Notes: generated by a model from the letters alone, not told the origin. A stretch of 64,000 nucleotides of DNA from Candidatus Iainarchaeum sp. (GCA_018304425.1 JAGVWE010000004.1:32001-96000); one strand, 5' to 3'; positions 1 to 9,417 are shown, numbered from the stretch's first letter. Program-made: numbers and translations.

Positions 1-692
1 TCAGTCCACGCCCGTATCTCCCTATTAGAGGGCCTGACGCCGTGGACGAAAAAATGCAGGCGGCCGTCCACGACCAAGGGATGGAAGTTTTCTTGCTTGA
101 TTTTCACCCAGCCCGGGACTTCCAGGGGTTTCCGAGCCTTCCGGTCTTCCAGTGCACTCCATGAAGCCCGTTCCAGAAACTCATCGCCTGGCTTCGTGCT
201 TGGCGGGCCGGGTTTCATGGTTAAAAAGTTTGCATTGGCCTGGAGCGGTGCGCGGCCCGGGGTGAGCGGCGCCTTGGCCGGGGCTTGCCGGGATTTCCCG
301 GGTTCCGGAGCGACCGGGTCTGCTGGCGGCAGGCAATCAATGAACGCAACAAGGCCTTCCGACCAATTGGTGCCAGGCCGATTGGTTTGCCGGTATTTTG
401 CCTGCTCTTCTTGGTGGAGGAAGCGCAGCACCTTGTCAAAATTACCCATCAATGCATTGCCAATGACGTTGCCTTCCGGGCTTGCGTGTTCAAACTCGTA
501 GCCCTTGCGTTCCCGGGTCAGGAACCGCAACCGCCGCTTGGGGTCCCGTTGCCTGCGGTGGCCACGCGCCCTTCCAAGCGCGAGCCTAACCTTGATTTCA
601 CTGGCTTTCCCCTCACTGGGCTTGTAACCCAACCGCTCCCAAATGCGCGCCCATTGACTCACGGTATAAATGGCGGCCCGCTTCATGCCCAT
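1..692 (-). CDS. Orphan hypothetical protein, basic N-terminal region (partial, runs off window start)
   Basis: Manual translation: open frame from ATG 692 (MGMKRAAIYTVSQWARIWERLG...RGHRRQRDPKRRLRFL) to the window edge; TTTATA box about 23 nt upstream. Absent from the ORF track because there is no stop in the window. Confidence 0.65.
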   Translation of the reverse strand, partial: MGMKRAAIYTVSQWARIWERLGYKPSEGKASEIKVRLALGRARGHRRQRDPKRRLRFLTRERKGYEFEHASPEGNVIGNALMGNFDKVLRFLHQEEQAKYRQTNRPGTNWSEGLVAFIDCLPPADPVAPEPGKSRQAPAKAPLTPGRAPLQANANFLTMKPGPPSTKPGDEFLERASWSALEDRKARKPLEVPGWVKIKQENFHPLVVDGRLHFFVHGVRPSNREIRAWT

Positions 693-761
693 ACCCTACT
701 TTGCTTGCTGGGACTATAAATTCGTTTCCTTTCCGTTTGCCGACTATCCAGTTCCCCTGCC

Positions 762-1988
762 TTACCCCTGCACGGTCCGCATGATGGGATGGTCGTAGTT
801 GAATTCGTAGCCGTCGCTATGGCCATGGCTTTCGACGATTAACCCTTCTCGAATTAGTTGTTCTACGACGTCTGCCATGTAGCCGCCCGGAATCCGAGTC
901 CCGCCACTTTTGTCCACGAAGTACTTTTTTCTTACATGGACGTTCCGGTTCACCCGCCCCGCCGTCAATAAAACTTTTACTACGCCCCATGCGTACTTCC
1001 GTCTTAATCCAATGTTGGCGGCCACCGGCTTTGGCAAGGCCAGGTCCAACACCCGTCGGATAAATTGGTTTGTCGGGGACTGCTGGTCCACCACCTGCAG
1101 CACGAACCGAGGCCGGTGATCACGCGTTCGTTCTAGATACTCTTCATAGGGTTTGTAGAAATGTCTGGGCCCGAGCGCTAGCGGTTCGCGTCGCAACACT
1201 GGAGGAGCGGGCGCCGCCGGGTTTGCCCTGGGCCTTCTCTTTTTGCCGTTGGGCGCCGGCCTTGTTTGGTCAGTTGCCAGCCGGTCAGCCTGGTAAGCGG
1301 GTGCAGGCCTGCCAGCTTGCGATGGCGGTGCCGGAATCAATCTCCTGATTTCCCGTCGCCTGGCCCCTTCAACTCGTGCCTCGGCTTCCCGCTTTTTTGT
1401 TTCCAAGGCGTTTTCGTATGCTTCCAGTGCACGGGACACAACCGTTTCCATGAGTTCACGGCCCGTTTGGCTGCCGGTTGCCTCTTCCCTGGCAACCCGT
1501 TGGGCTGCCCCCCGTGCCAGCGCTTCATCAAAGGACACCGTTCCTTCCGCCAAAAACGCCTTTCGCCCCCTGCCCAGCAACGGCGGCTTGGCCACGGCTT
1601 CGAGGGCATCCAGGGCCAGTTGCTCCAGTGCGGCTTGCCGGGCCTGTCGTTGGCCCCCAATGAAGCGTGCGCCCGGTCTTGCGCGGGCGACTTCCCTAGC
1701 CGTCTGCTCGCGCTTGCGGCCCACGCCGGTCGTGAACAGGATCCATTGTCCATTAAGCGGGAAGTCGTGCACGCCGCTCTCGGGCAGTGGCACGTTTTTG
1801 AGATTCAGCTGCTTCGCCAGCCACTGCCTGAGTTTTGGGAGGCCGCGCAGCGCGTGGGGGTCATCGATATAGCCGAATATTTTCGCCCAAGGCGTTGCCG
1901 GATGCAGCCGGCTCCGCTGCCTGGTTTTCATCCACCACAGCACCCGGGCAGGCGCTATCCGTTCATGCAGGGGGCGTGGAGTCGGCAT
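762..1988 (-). CDS. Orphan protein, Arg/Pro-rich N-terminus, possible C-terminal winged helix
   Basis: 408-aa ORF with upstream TTTTATA; C-terminal YMADVVEQLIREGLIVESHG resembles a wHTH recognition helix and wing. Confidence 0.65.
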   Translation of the reverse strand: MPTPRPLHERIAPARVLWWMKTRQRSRLHPATPWAKIFGYIDDPHALRGLPKLRQWLAKQLNLKNVPLPESGVHDFPLNGQWILFTTGVGRKREQTAREVARARPGARFIGGQRQARQAALEQLALDALEAVAKPPLLGRGRKAFLAEGTVSFDEALARGAAQRVAREEATGSQTGRELMETVVSRALEAYENALETKKREAEARVEGARRREIRRLIPAPPSQAGRPAPAYQADRLATDQTRPAPNGKKRRPRANPAAPAPPVLRREPLALGPRHFYKPYEEYLERTRDHRPRFVLQVVDQQSPTNQFIRRVLDLALPKPVAANIGLRRKYAWGVVKVLLTAGRVNRNVHVRKKYFVDKSGGTRIPGGYMADVVEQLIREGLIVESHGHSDGYEFNYDHPIMRTVQG

Positions 1989-2021
1989 GGAAAGAATGAG
2001 TCTGCCGGACTATAAAAGCCT

Positions 2022-2363
2022 TTATCCCTTCAACTTCGCAATCGCTTCGGCGAGGTCGCCGCCGCTTGCCTTCAACGCGGTCTCGGCTTCCTTCTTCGAG
2101 CAACCGGCTTGTTCCATGACCAGCTTGACGTCTTCTTCGGGCGCCCCTACGGGGCCGGCTTCCTCGCGGGCCGTGCCAACCACGGTGTAGGTCTTCTGCC
2201 CGCCCATCTCGATGGCCGTGACGCTGGGGCTGTCCACCACCAACCGTTTTCCCTCCAACTCGAACACGACGCGCTTGGCGTTTATTTCCTCGGTCTTCAT
2301 GCCGAGTTGCTTCATCACGCGCTGCATGTCGCGGGGATTCATGTTGCCCATTCCCGGAAACAT
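2022..2363 (-). CDS. nac: Nascent polypeptide-associated complex protein
   Basis: MNPRDMQRVMKQLGMKTEEI NAC domain plus C-terminal UBA (EDVKLVMEQAG...GDLAEAI); start at ATG 2363. Confidence 0.93.
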   Translation of the reverse strand: MFPGMGNMNPRDMQRVMKQLGMKTEEINAKRVVFELEGKRLVVDSPSVTAIEMGGQKTYTVVGTAREEAGPVGAPEEDVKLVMEQAGCSKKEAETALKASGGDLAEAIAKLKG

Positions 2364-2389
2364 AGTACCACTCCTTGCCCTAAACGTTT

Positions 2390-2794
2390 TTAACCCCGCG
2401 TGCGCTTGGGGTACCAGACGTTTTTCAGCGCCTGGCGCAGCCTTGCCAGGTCGCGGCTCAATTGCAGTCGCACCCGGGCCACGTCTGCCTCCGTGGCCGA
2501 CCCAAACACCTGTTGCGCGATTTCCTTCAATGAGTTGGTTGGACGCCGGGAATCCAGCCCCAGAAAACGCGTGACCCCTTCCTTGCGTGCAGGGTTCCAC
2601 CGCAGCCCAGCCAAAAGCCGCTGCACCTGTGGGCGAGTGGGAAGGTGGCCCACGCTGGACGACCCCAAATATAGGGTCAACACGGCTTGGGACGTGATTT
2701 CGATTGGCACCCGGTTTCCGGCCGTGCGGCCAACCACTCCGCAGGAAAGGGAACCGCGCGTGCCACGCTTTGCTCGGGCGTTATGTGCTTTCAT
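2390..2794 (-). CDS. Orphan protein with basic N-terminus and sigma-70 region-4-like HTH
   Basis: ATG 2794 overlaps the upstream stop (ATGA); RFLGLDSRRPTNSLKEIAQQVFG...RVRLQLSRDLARLRQ. Confidence 0.65.
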   Translation of the reverse strand: MKAHNARAKRGTRGSLSCGVVGRTAGNRVPIEITSQAVLTLYLGSSSVGHLPTRPQVQRLLAGLRWNPARKEGVTRFLGLDSRRPTNSLKEIAQQVFGSATEADVARVRLQLSRDLARLRQALKNVWYPKRTRG

Positions 2795-4749
2795 CTGCGC
2801 TTGCCTCCCCTCGGAAAACCGGTCTTCGGCACCTGCTGGGAGATGCAGTGCAGGGTCCCGCAGCCGTGCACGAGGTCGCGGCAGTCGATGCCGACAATCT
2901 TCCGGCCGGGGAAAAAGCGTCCAATGATTTTCCGCGCCCGCGCGTCCGTCGCGAGCCCGAACCGGGGCACGAGCACGGCCTTGTTCGCGATGTAAAAGTT
3001 GGCGTAGCTGGCCGGCATCCGCTTGCCGCCTGAAACCAGGTGGGGCACGGGCAGCTTCACGACCGTAAAAGGCGCGCCGTCCGCGTCCCGCGCTTTCCGA
3101 AGCCGCTCGAAGTTGTCCTTGAGGTTGTGGTAGTTGGGGTCTCTCCGGTCTCCTTCGAACGCGCACACGATGGTCTTTTCGTCCACGAACCGCGCGAGGT
3201 TGTCGACGTGGGAGTCTGTATCGTCTCCCTGCACTCCTCTGCCGAGCCAGATGACGTTCGAAACGTCCAGGTACTCGCAGAGCGTGGCCTCGATTTCCTG
3301 CCGGCTCAGGCCCGGGTTCCGGTTATCGTTCAACAAGCAGTCCTCGGTCGTCAACAGGCTGCCTCGGCCGTTGACGTCGATGGCGCCGCCTTCCATGACC
3401 ATGCCGGCGCGGAAGAACGGCTTCCTCCACTCGCGGTTGATGCGCGCGGGCACGGAGTCATCCTTCAACAATTCCTGGTACTTCCCGCCCCAGGCATTGA
3501 ACCGCCACTTGACCATGCCCAGCCTTTTCTGCTGTCGGTTGGCGACAAAGCTAGGCCCGTAATCCCGGAACCACACGTCCGCGTAACCGTGCTCGTAGAA
3601 CCTCACTTTCTTGGGGTCGGCCCCCTTCTCCTGGAGGAAAGCCTCCACCCTCTTTCGCATGCGTTTGCCGGTAACGAACAAGTTCACGCGCTCGCTCTTG
3701 GTTTCTTGCAGGGAGCGGATGAGGTGCGCGTAGGCCTTCTCGACGTTGCCCAGGTTCTCAAAGGTGATGAGGTCGTAGGGCCACGCCAAAAAAAGCGCGT
3801 CATGCTTTTCCCATTCAGCGGGGAAGCGATAGCCTTGCGCGGCCGGCGTCTTCCGGTGCAGCACGTCCTTCTTGGGCTTGAGGGCTTTCGGCTCCTTCAG
3901 CTCGACGTAGTCGCGGGGCCTGCGGTTGCGGAAGAAGCCCCAGCCCTCGCGCACCCGCTGGTTCTCGTCCAAGTCGATTTCAACTACAAGGGCCGCGTCC
4001 TTCTTCGGGCCCGCGTTGGCCAGCACCCTGCCAAAGGGGTCGGATACGAATGAATGCCCCCAGAAGGAGAGCCTTCCCTCGTTGCCCGTGCGGTTGACGG
4101 CTGCCACGTGCACGTTGTTGGCGATGGCGTGCGCGCGCTGGATGCAGGTCCAGGCACCCAGCCAGTCGTCGGGCTCCTTGTATCCCTTGATGCGGCCGAT
4201 GGCGGTCGGGTAAAAGATGATTTCAGCGCCTTTCAGGGCGGCGATGCGCGCGGCCTCGGGAAACCATTGGTCGAAGCAGATGAGGGGCGCGATTTTGGCT
4301 TTCCGGGTCTTGAAGACCTTGAACCCCAAATCCCCGTGCTCGAAGTAGTGTTGTTCCCAGAACAGGGGGTCGTGGGGCAAGTGCATCTTCCGGTAGGTTC
4401 CGAGGAGTTTTCCGCGTTCGTCGATGACCGCGATGCTGTTGTAGAACTTTTTTCCGTGCCGCTCGTAAATCGGGGCAATCAGGACGATGCCGAGTTCCTT
4501 GGCTAGGCCAGCGAGCAGGCGCGTGGTCGGCCCTGGAATGGCTTTCGCCAACGCGAATGCGGCCTCGTCCTTTTTCGCCTGCGGAAAGTAAAGCGTGTCA
4601 AACAATTCGGGCAGGCACACGATGTCCGCGCCCCGGGCGGCCGCCTGGCGGACGAGTCTTTCGGCCTTGGCGTGGTTGGCTTGCTTGTCCGCTTCCATGG
4701 ACATCTGGATTAAGCCGATGCGAAGCTTTCGGGCCACGAGGTGCACCAA
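2791..4749 (-). CDS. aguB-aguA: Fused N-carbamoylputrescine amidohydrolase (CN hydrolase) / agmatine deiminase
   Basis: Nitrilase triad motifs LPELF, YRKMH, ICFDQWFPE; deiminase motifs PAEWE, DVWFRDYGP, EGGAID, HVDN, GTLHCISQQ. Confidence 0.92.
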   Translation of the reverse strand: MVHLVARKLRIGLIQMSMEADKQANHAKAERLVRQAAARGADIVCLPELFDTLYFPQAKKDEAAFALAKAIPGPTTRLLAGLAKELGIVLIAPIYERHGKKFYNSIAVIDERGKLLGTYRKMHLPHDPLFWEQHYFEHGDLGFKVFKTRKAKIAPLICFDQWFPEAARIAALKGAEIIFYPTAIGRIKGYKEPDDWLGAWTCIQRAHAIANNVHVAAVNRTGNEGRLSFWGHSFVSDPFGRVLANAGPKKDAALVVEIDLDENQRVREGWGFFRNRRPRDYVELKEPKALKPKKDVLHRKTPAAQGYRFPAEWEKHDALFLAWPYDLITFENLGNVEKAYAHLIRSLQETKSERVNLFVTGKRMRKRVEAFLQEKGADPKKVRFYEHGYADVWFRDYGPSFVANRQQKRLGMVKWRFNAWGGKYQELLKDDSVPARINREWRKPFFRAGMVMEGGAIDVNGRGSLLTTEDCLLNDNRNPGLSRQEIEATLCEYLDVSNVIWLGRGVQGDDTDSHVDNLARFVDEKTIVCAFEGDRRDPNYHNLKDNFERLRKARDADGAPFTVVKLPVPHLVSGGKRMPASYANFYIANKAVLVPRFGLATDARARKIIGRFFPGRKIVGIDCRDLVHGCGTLHCISQQVPKTGFPRGGKRR

Positions 4750-4817
4750 AACATTTTATGGGGCGCAACCTTTATTAACTTCTATTCCGTTTAATGGTGG
4801 GTTATTGAGGGGTTCTA

Positions 4818-5471
4818 ATGGGTAAAGCCGTCGTGTCCAACTTCAAGGCGTTCGCGGAAAAGTTTCCCCGCGTCGCGCAGCTCCCGGAAACCGATGTCCG
4901 GGTGCAGGCCTTGAAGCGCTACTTCGAGCGCGGCAGCTTTGTCTCGGTGTATGCTTCAGCCGGCGTTTGGCCGCGCCTCGACTTTCCAACGCCCTTGTGG
5001 ATTAAGGGCAAAATCGAGGAGTTCAAGCAGCAAAAGGCGCGGTTCGCGGAAAAGCACCGGAGCTGGAGCATCCTCGTGCACAAGGACCAGTTTGCCGCGG
5101 TGCGCACCCTCTTGGCCAAGTTCGGGGAACCCCTCTACTGGAAGCACCTGGCGAAAGTAACCTTTGACGTGGACTACAAGCAGGACGCGGCCAAGGTCTC
5201 CCTGCCCGTGCACCTGGTGACCGAAGAGCGCTGGAAGCCCATGATCAAGATGTTCGTCGAGGACCTGGACTACCGCAAGCAACTCGCGGAAACGGTTGAC
5301 ACCTCGATTGTCTACAAGAACGACAAGCGCGTGGCAAAATACGCAGACCAGTTGAAGGGCTTCCGCAAGTCCCTCTCGGTCAAGAAACGCGACATGTTCC
5401 AAGAAAAAGTCGACGAAATCAGCCAAGACCTCGAAATGTACAACGAAATCCTCAAGTGGGCGAAGGAATAG
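4818..5471 (+). CDS. Hypothetical protein (helical)
   Basis: 217-aa ORF, housekeeping-like codon usage, GAGG upstream. Confidence 0.8.
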   Translation: MGKAVVSNFKAFAEKFPRVAQLPETDVRVQALKRYFERGSFVSVYASAGVWPRLDFPTPLWIKGKIEEFKQQKARFAEKHRSWSILVHKDQFAAVRTLLAKFGEPLYWKHLAKVTFDVDYKQDAAKVSLPVHLVTEERWKPMIKMFVEDLDYRKQLAETVDTSIVYKNDKRVAKYADQLKGFRKSLSVKKRDMFQEKVDEISQDLEMYNEILKWAKE

Positions 5472-5579
5472 CGTTTCCCGCTCTTCCGCACCGGAAATCC
5501 ACTCCCCTCCCCGGCCCTATTTAAACCCCCTGAACCACTATCTTCTTGCGGCCTCTTAAGGCCGAGTGAGGTGGAGTAA

Positions 5580-5834
5580 ATGTCGAGTCCCATAAAGAAG
5601 TTCCAGGTCGGAGGCGTCAGCGCGGCCGTCTGGGAAAACGAGTCACAGACCCCCGAGGGAAGCCCCTACCAGACGGTTTCCCTCCAGAAGCGGTTCAAGG
5701 ACAAGAACGACGAGTGGAAGTCCTCGAACTCCTTTCGCGCCAGCGACTTGCCCAAGGCCATCCTCGCCCTCCAAAAAGCCTACGAGTTCGTGGCCTTGAA
5801 GGAGCAAGGCGAGCTGGCGGTGGTCGAGGCTTGA
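5580..5834 (+). CDS. Small putative ssDNA/nucleic-acid-binding protein (PC4/SpoVG-like fold)
   Basis: KKFQVGGVSAAVWEN...SLQKRFKDKNDEWKSSNSF..DLPKA pattern; GAGGTG SD; function inferred. Confidence 0.65.
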   Translation: MSSPIKKFQVGGVSAAVWENESQTPEGSPYQTVSLQKRFKDKNDEWKSSNSFRASDLPKAILALQKAYEFVALKEQGELAVVEA

Positions 5835-5877
5835 ACGGCCGGGCGGCTCACGCGGGCCCCGAGGGCGGCTGGCTCAC

Positions 5878-5979
5878 GGCCTTTTTACAAAAGGCCGGCG
5901 AAAAGGTGCCCTGCCAAGCAGGGCACAGCCTTTTTTGCTTCGCAAAAAAGCCCGGGGGAAACGGGCCCTGCTTTGCAGG
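5878..5979. repeat. Array of five adjacent inverted repeats
   Basis: GGCCTTTT-tac-AAAAGGCC, GTGCCCTGC-caa-GCAGGGCAC, CTTTTTTGC-ttc-GCAAAAAAG, GCCCG-ggggaaa-CGGGC, CCTGC-ttt-GCAGG. Confidence 0.85.
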
Positions 5980-6037
5980 ACCCCTCCCTTGCCCCCTTTG
6001 CTCTGCCTAAAAAGCCTTTTCCTCTCCCTGATTGCCT

Positions 6038-8221
6038 ATGGACGTCGCCCAAAAAGTCCTGGAACTCAACGGCTTTGATTCCTTCAACCCCATGCAGGCC
6101 AAGGCCTTGCAGCACGGGGTCCTCGAAAAAAACCTCGTCGTCTCGGCGCCCACCGCCGCAGGTAAAACGGTTCTCGCCGAGCTCGCCGCCTTGGAGTCCA
6201 TCGTCCACCGCAAGAAGAAAGCCGTTTACACGGGCCCGCTCCGCGCCCTCGCCGCCGAGCACTACAACGACTTCAAGCGCAAGTACGCCAAGCCCCTCAA
6301 CGTGCGCGTCACGGTTTCCACGGGTGATTTCGATTCGAGCGGCACTTACCTAGCCAACTATGACCTGATTTTCACGACCTATGAGCGCTTGGATAGCCTC
6401 ATTCGCCACAACGCTTCCTGGTTGCAATCTCTTGGCGTGCTCGTGGTCGACGAAATCCACGAACTCGATTCCGATCGCGGCCCGACCCTGGAAATGGTCA
6501 TCACCAAGCTCCGCCAAATCAACCCACACTTGCAGGTGCTCGCCTTGTCGGCGACCATTCCCAACGCCAAAGACCTTGCCCAGTGGCTCGACGCGGAACT
6601 CGTGGAAAGTGACTATCGCCCTTGCAAGCTCCACGAAGGCGTGTTCTTCGACCAAGGCATCACTTTTTCCGACGAAAAGGTCGAACCCGTTCTCTCCTCG
6701 CACGAGCCCCTGCACGCCTTGGCCGAGGACACCCTGGAAAAGGACAAGCAAGCCCTGGTCTTCGCGAACACGCGCAAGCGCGCGGAAGGCATCGCCAAGC
6801 AGTTGGCGGGCGTCTGCGCGAAGTCCTTGTCCGACGCCGAGAAAAGGCATCTCGCCGTGCAAGCCGAGAAGGCCTTGAACGCCTTGGAGCAGCCCACCGA
6901 GCAATGCCATGCCCTGCACGACTTGCTCGTCAAAGGGGTTTCCTTTCACCACGCGGGCCTGCTCTCCAAGCAAAGGGAAATCGTGGAAGACCTGTTCCGC
7001 GGCGGCCACTTGAAGATCGTCTGCTCGACGCCCACCCTCGCGGCAGGCATCAACATGCCCGCCTACCGCGTCCTCATCCCCAGCGTTTACCGCTACGCGG
7101 AATTCGGTTCCGAGAAAATCCCGGTCCGCGAGTACAAGCAGATGGCCGGCCGCGCGGGAAGGCCAAGGTACGACAAAGAGGGGCAGGCTATCCTCTTGGC
7201 CAAGAACTCCCTTGAACAAGACGAGCTCTTCGAGGCCTTCATCCACGCGGAACCAGAAGAGGTTTCCTCCCAGCTCGCCCACGAGTCCGTCCTCCGCACG
7301 CACGTCTTGGCCTCCGTTGCAGGAAATTTCGTGCGCAACCTCGACTCCCTCGAACAGTTTTTCGGGAAAACCTTCTACGCGCACCAGGCAGGAGGCGTGG
7401 CAGAACTCTTTTTGAAATTGAACGACATTATAGCCTTGCTCGCCGAGATGGGCTTCGTGGAATCCGTGGAAGGCAAGTTTTCCGCGACCAAGCTCGGCCA
7501 CCGGGTCAGCCAACTCTACCTGGACCCGGTCACCGCCCACCGCTTCATCAAGGGCTTGGAGCGCTTCCAGCACGCCGAGCTCTTCTACCTCTACCTCTGG
7601 ACGGACTGCCAGGAAAGCATGCCCTGGCTGTCCGTACCCAAGGCCAAGGAAGCCGAGCTCTGGGAAAGCCTCCAAACCGAGGGCAAGCACCTGCCCATCA
7701 ACGTCGAGGAAGAGATGTTCTCCGACCCCGTTATGTTGAAGAAATTCCATTCGGCGCTCTTCTTAAAGGCCTGGATTGAGGAGGTCTCCGAGCAGAGCCT
7801 TTTGAAGGACTTCAATGTGGCCCCCGGCAACCTCTTCGCGCGCACGCAGAACCTGGACTGGCTGGTCTACGCGACTTCCGAGCTCGCCCAGCTCCTCGAC
7901 TACCGCGAGCACCTCCCCTACGTGAACAAGCTCCGCAAGCGCCTGGCCTCCGGCATCCGTGAGGAACTCATCTACTTGTGCGAGGTCCGCGGCATCGGCC
8001 GGGTGCGCGCCCGCAAGCTGTTCTCCAACAACGTGCGCACCGTGGCCGACCTCAAGAAGATTCCGGTCGACTCCCTGGCCCGCATCCTCTCTCCCAAAGT
8101 CGCCGAGAAAGTCAAGGAACAACTCGGCGTCCCCGAAAAAGTCAGCGCCGCCGAACACCATGCGGCCGCGCGCGCAGCGCGCGAAGAACGCCAAGGCCAG
8201 AGCGTGTTGGGGGAGTTTTAA
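6038..8221 (+). CDS. hel308: Ski2-like SF2 DNA helicase Hel308/Hjm
   Basis: APTAAGKT, DEIH, LSAT, HHAGL, TPTLAAGINMPA, QMAGRAGRP; C-terminal HhH (GIGRVRAR); PIP-like QSVLGEF. Confidence 0.93.
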   Translation: MDVAQKVLELNGFDSFNPMQAKALQHGVLEKNLVVSAPTAAGKTVLAELAALESIVHRKKKAVYTGPLRALAAEHYNDFKRKYAKPLNVRVTVSTGDFDSSGTYLANYDLIFTTYERLDSLIRHNASWLQSLGVLVVDEIHELDSDRGPTLEMVITKLRQINPHLQVLALSATIPNAKDLAQWLDAELVESDYRPCKLHEGVFFDQGITFSDEKVEPVLSSHEPLHALAEDTLEKDKQALVFANTRKRAEGIAKQLAGVCAKSLSDAEKRHLAVQAEKALNALEQPTEQCHALHDLLVKGVSFHHAGLLSKQREIVEDLFRGGHLKIVCSTPTLAAGINMPAYRVLIPSVYRYAEFGSEKIPVREYKQMAGRAGRPRYDKEGQAILLAKNSLEQDELFEAFIHAEPEEVSSQLAHESVLRTHVLASVAGNFVRNLDSLEQFFGKTFYAHQAGGVAELFLKLNDIIALLAEMGFVESVEGKFSATKLGHRVSQLYLDPVTAHRFIKGLERFQHAELFYLYLWTDCQESMPWLSVPKAKEAELWESLQTEGKHLPINVEEEMFSDPVMLKKFHSALFLKAWIEEVSEQSLLKDFNVAPGNLFARTQNLDWLVYATSELAQLLDYREHLPYVNKLRKRLASGIREELIYLCEVRGIGRVRARKLFSNNVRTVADLKKIPVDSLARILSPKVAEKVKEQLGVPEKVSAAEHHAAARAAREERQGQSVLGEF

Positions 8222-9417
8222 GCAGTAAGCCCCTTCTCGATGGCTTCCTTTATCTTTTTGGCGTCGTAGCCGAGCTTGATGAACCGGGTCTGGCCCTTGA
8301 CGCCCTTCCCAGACTGGGTTGTTAGGATGAGCCCGTACATTTCCAGTTGCGAGATGCACTCCCTATACCAGCGCGAGCTGACCACCGTTTCCTTGAACTT
8401 CTTGGCAATCTTCACGTAGGTGTCGTAGACTTCCCCGCTGTACAAAACCCCTTCCTCGGTTTCCCCGGTCAGGGTCTTGAGGGGCGGCCGTTCCAGCGTC
8501 AAACCCGCAATCGCGTACAACACCAGTTGCTCCTGCTGGGGCAGGGTCAACACCATGTTCAAGATGATTTCCTCTTCCACCAGCCGCTTGGCCCTCCGCA
8601 CCTCTTCCTCGGAGACCCTGGCCAGCCCCTTCTTGTCCGCGAGTTCCCCGGCCCGCATCAACAACATCACGGCCTTCCGCGCGTCCCCCGACTCCTGGGC
8701 GGCGAACGCCGCGGCGAGAGAAACAGCGGCCTCGTCCACGCAGCCCTCGTTGAAGGCCAGCTTCGCCCGCTCGGAGAGGATGGACTTGAGTTCTTCCGCG
8801 TTGTAGGCCGGGAACACCATTTCCTGCTGGCACAAACTCGACTTCGTGCGCGGGTCCAGGTCATCCTTGAACATCACGTTGTTGGAGATGCCGAGGATGC
8901 AGAGGCTCCCCTTCCGGAGTTCGTCGTTGGCGCGGGAGAGCCCATAAATGAGTTCGTCCACGTCCTTCACCTTGTCGACCTCGTCCAGCACCAGCACGAT
9001 GCCTCTGCCCTCCCCGGCAAAGCCGAGGAGTTTCTCGTAGATGAACGCCGCCGAGTAGCCCATGAAGTTGTGTTCGGGGTAAAAGTCTTTCACGATCTTG
9101 GAGAGCACGCGGTACTTGGAGTTGTGGTTGCGGCAGTTGACATAGGTTCCTGACACCTGCGCGTTTTTCTGGCCCGCGAAGTCGAGGAGGTGCGAGAGCA
9201 CGTGCCGCGCGGAAGCCGTTTTCCCCGTGCCCACCTTGCCGTAAATGAAGAGGTTGTCCGCGCGCTTGCCGTTCAACAGCCCCGCGAGTATCTCCGTCAT
9301 CTTCTGGATCTGCTGTTCGCGGAAGAGGAGCTTGTCCGGCGTGTAATGCGGGGTTATGTAGTTGCGGTCGCGGAACACGGTTTCCCTGGCCAGCAGTTGT
9401 TCGAACAGGTTCGCCAT
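8218..9417 (-). CDS. cdc6: Orc1/Cdc6 replication initiator
   Basis: Walker A GKVGTGKT, Walker B VLDEVD, GDARKA, C-terminal wHTH. Confidence 0.95.
   Translation of the reverse strand: MANLFEQLLARETVFRDRNYITPHYTPDKLLFREQQIQKMTEILAGLLNGKRADNLFIYGKVGTGKTASARHVLSHLLDFAGQKNAQVSGTYVNCRNHNSKYRVLSKIVKDFYPEHNFMGYSAAFIYEKLLGFAGEGRGIVLVLDEVDKVKDVDELIYGLSRANDELRKGSLCILGISNNVMFKDDLDPRTKSSLCQQEMVFPAYNAEELKSILSERAKLAFNEGCVDEAAVSLAAAFAAQESGDARKAVMLLMRAGELADKKGLARVSEEEVRRAKRLVEEEIILNMVLTLPQQEQLVLYAIAGLTLERPPLKTLTGETEEGVLYSGEVYDTYVKIAKKFKETVVSSRWYRECISQLEMYGLILTTQSGKGVKGQTRFIKLGYDAKKIKEAIEKGLTA

Noticed and set aside
1-2794. Provirus or mobile element explaining the orphan cluster
   Set aside because: No integrase, transposase, capsid genes or att repeats visible; the housekeeping gene nac is interleaved.
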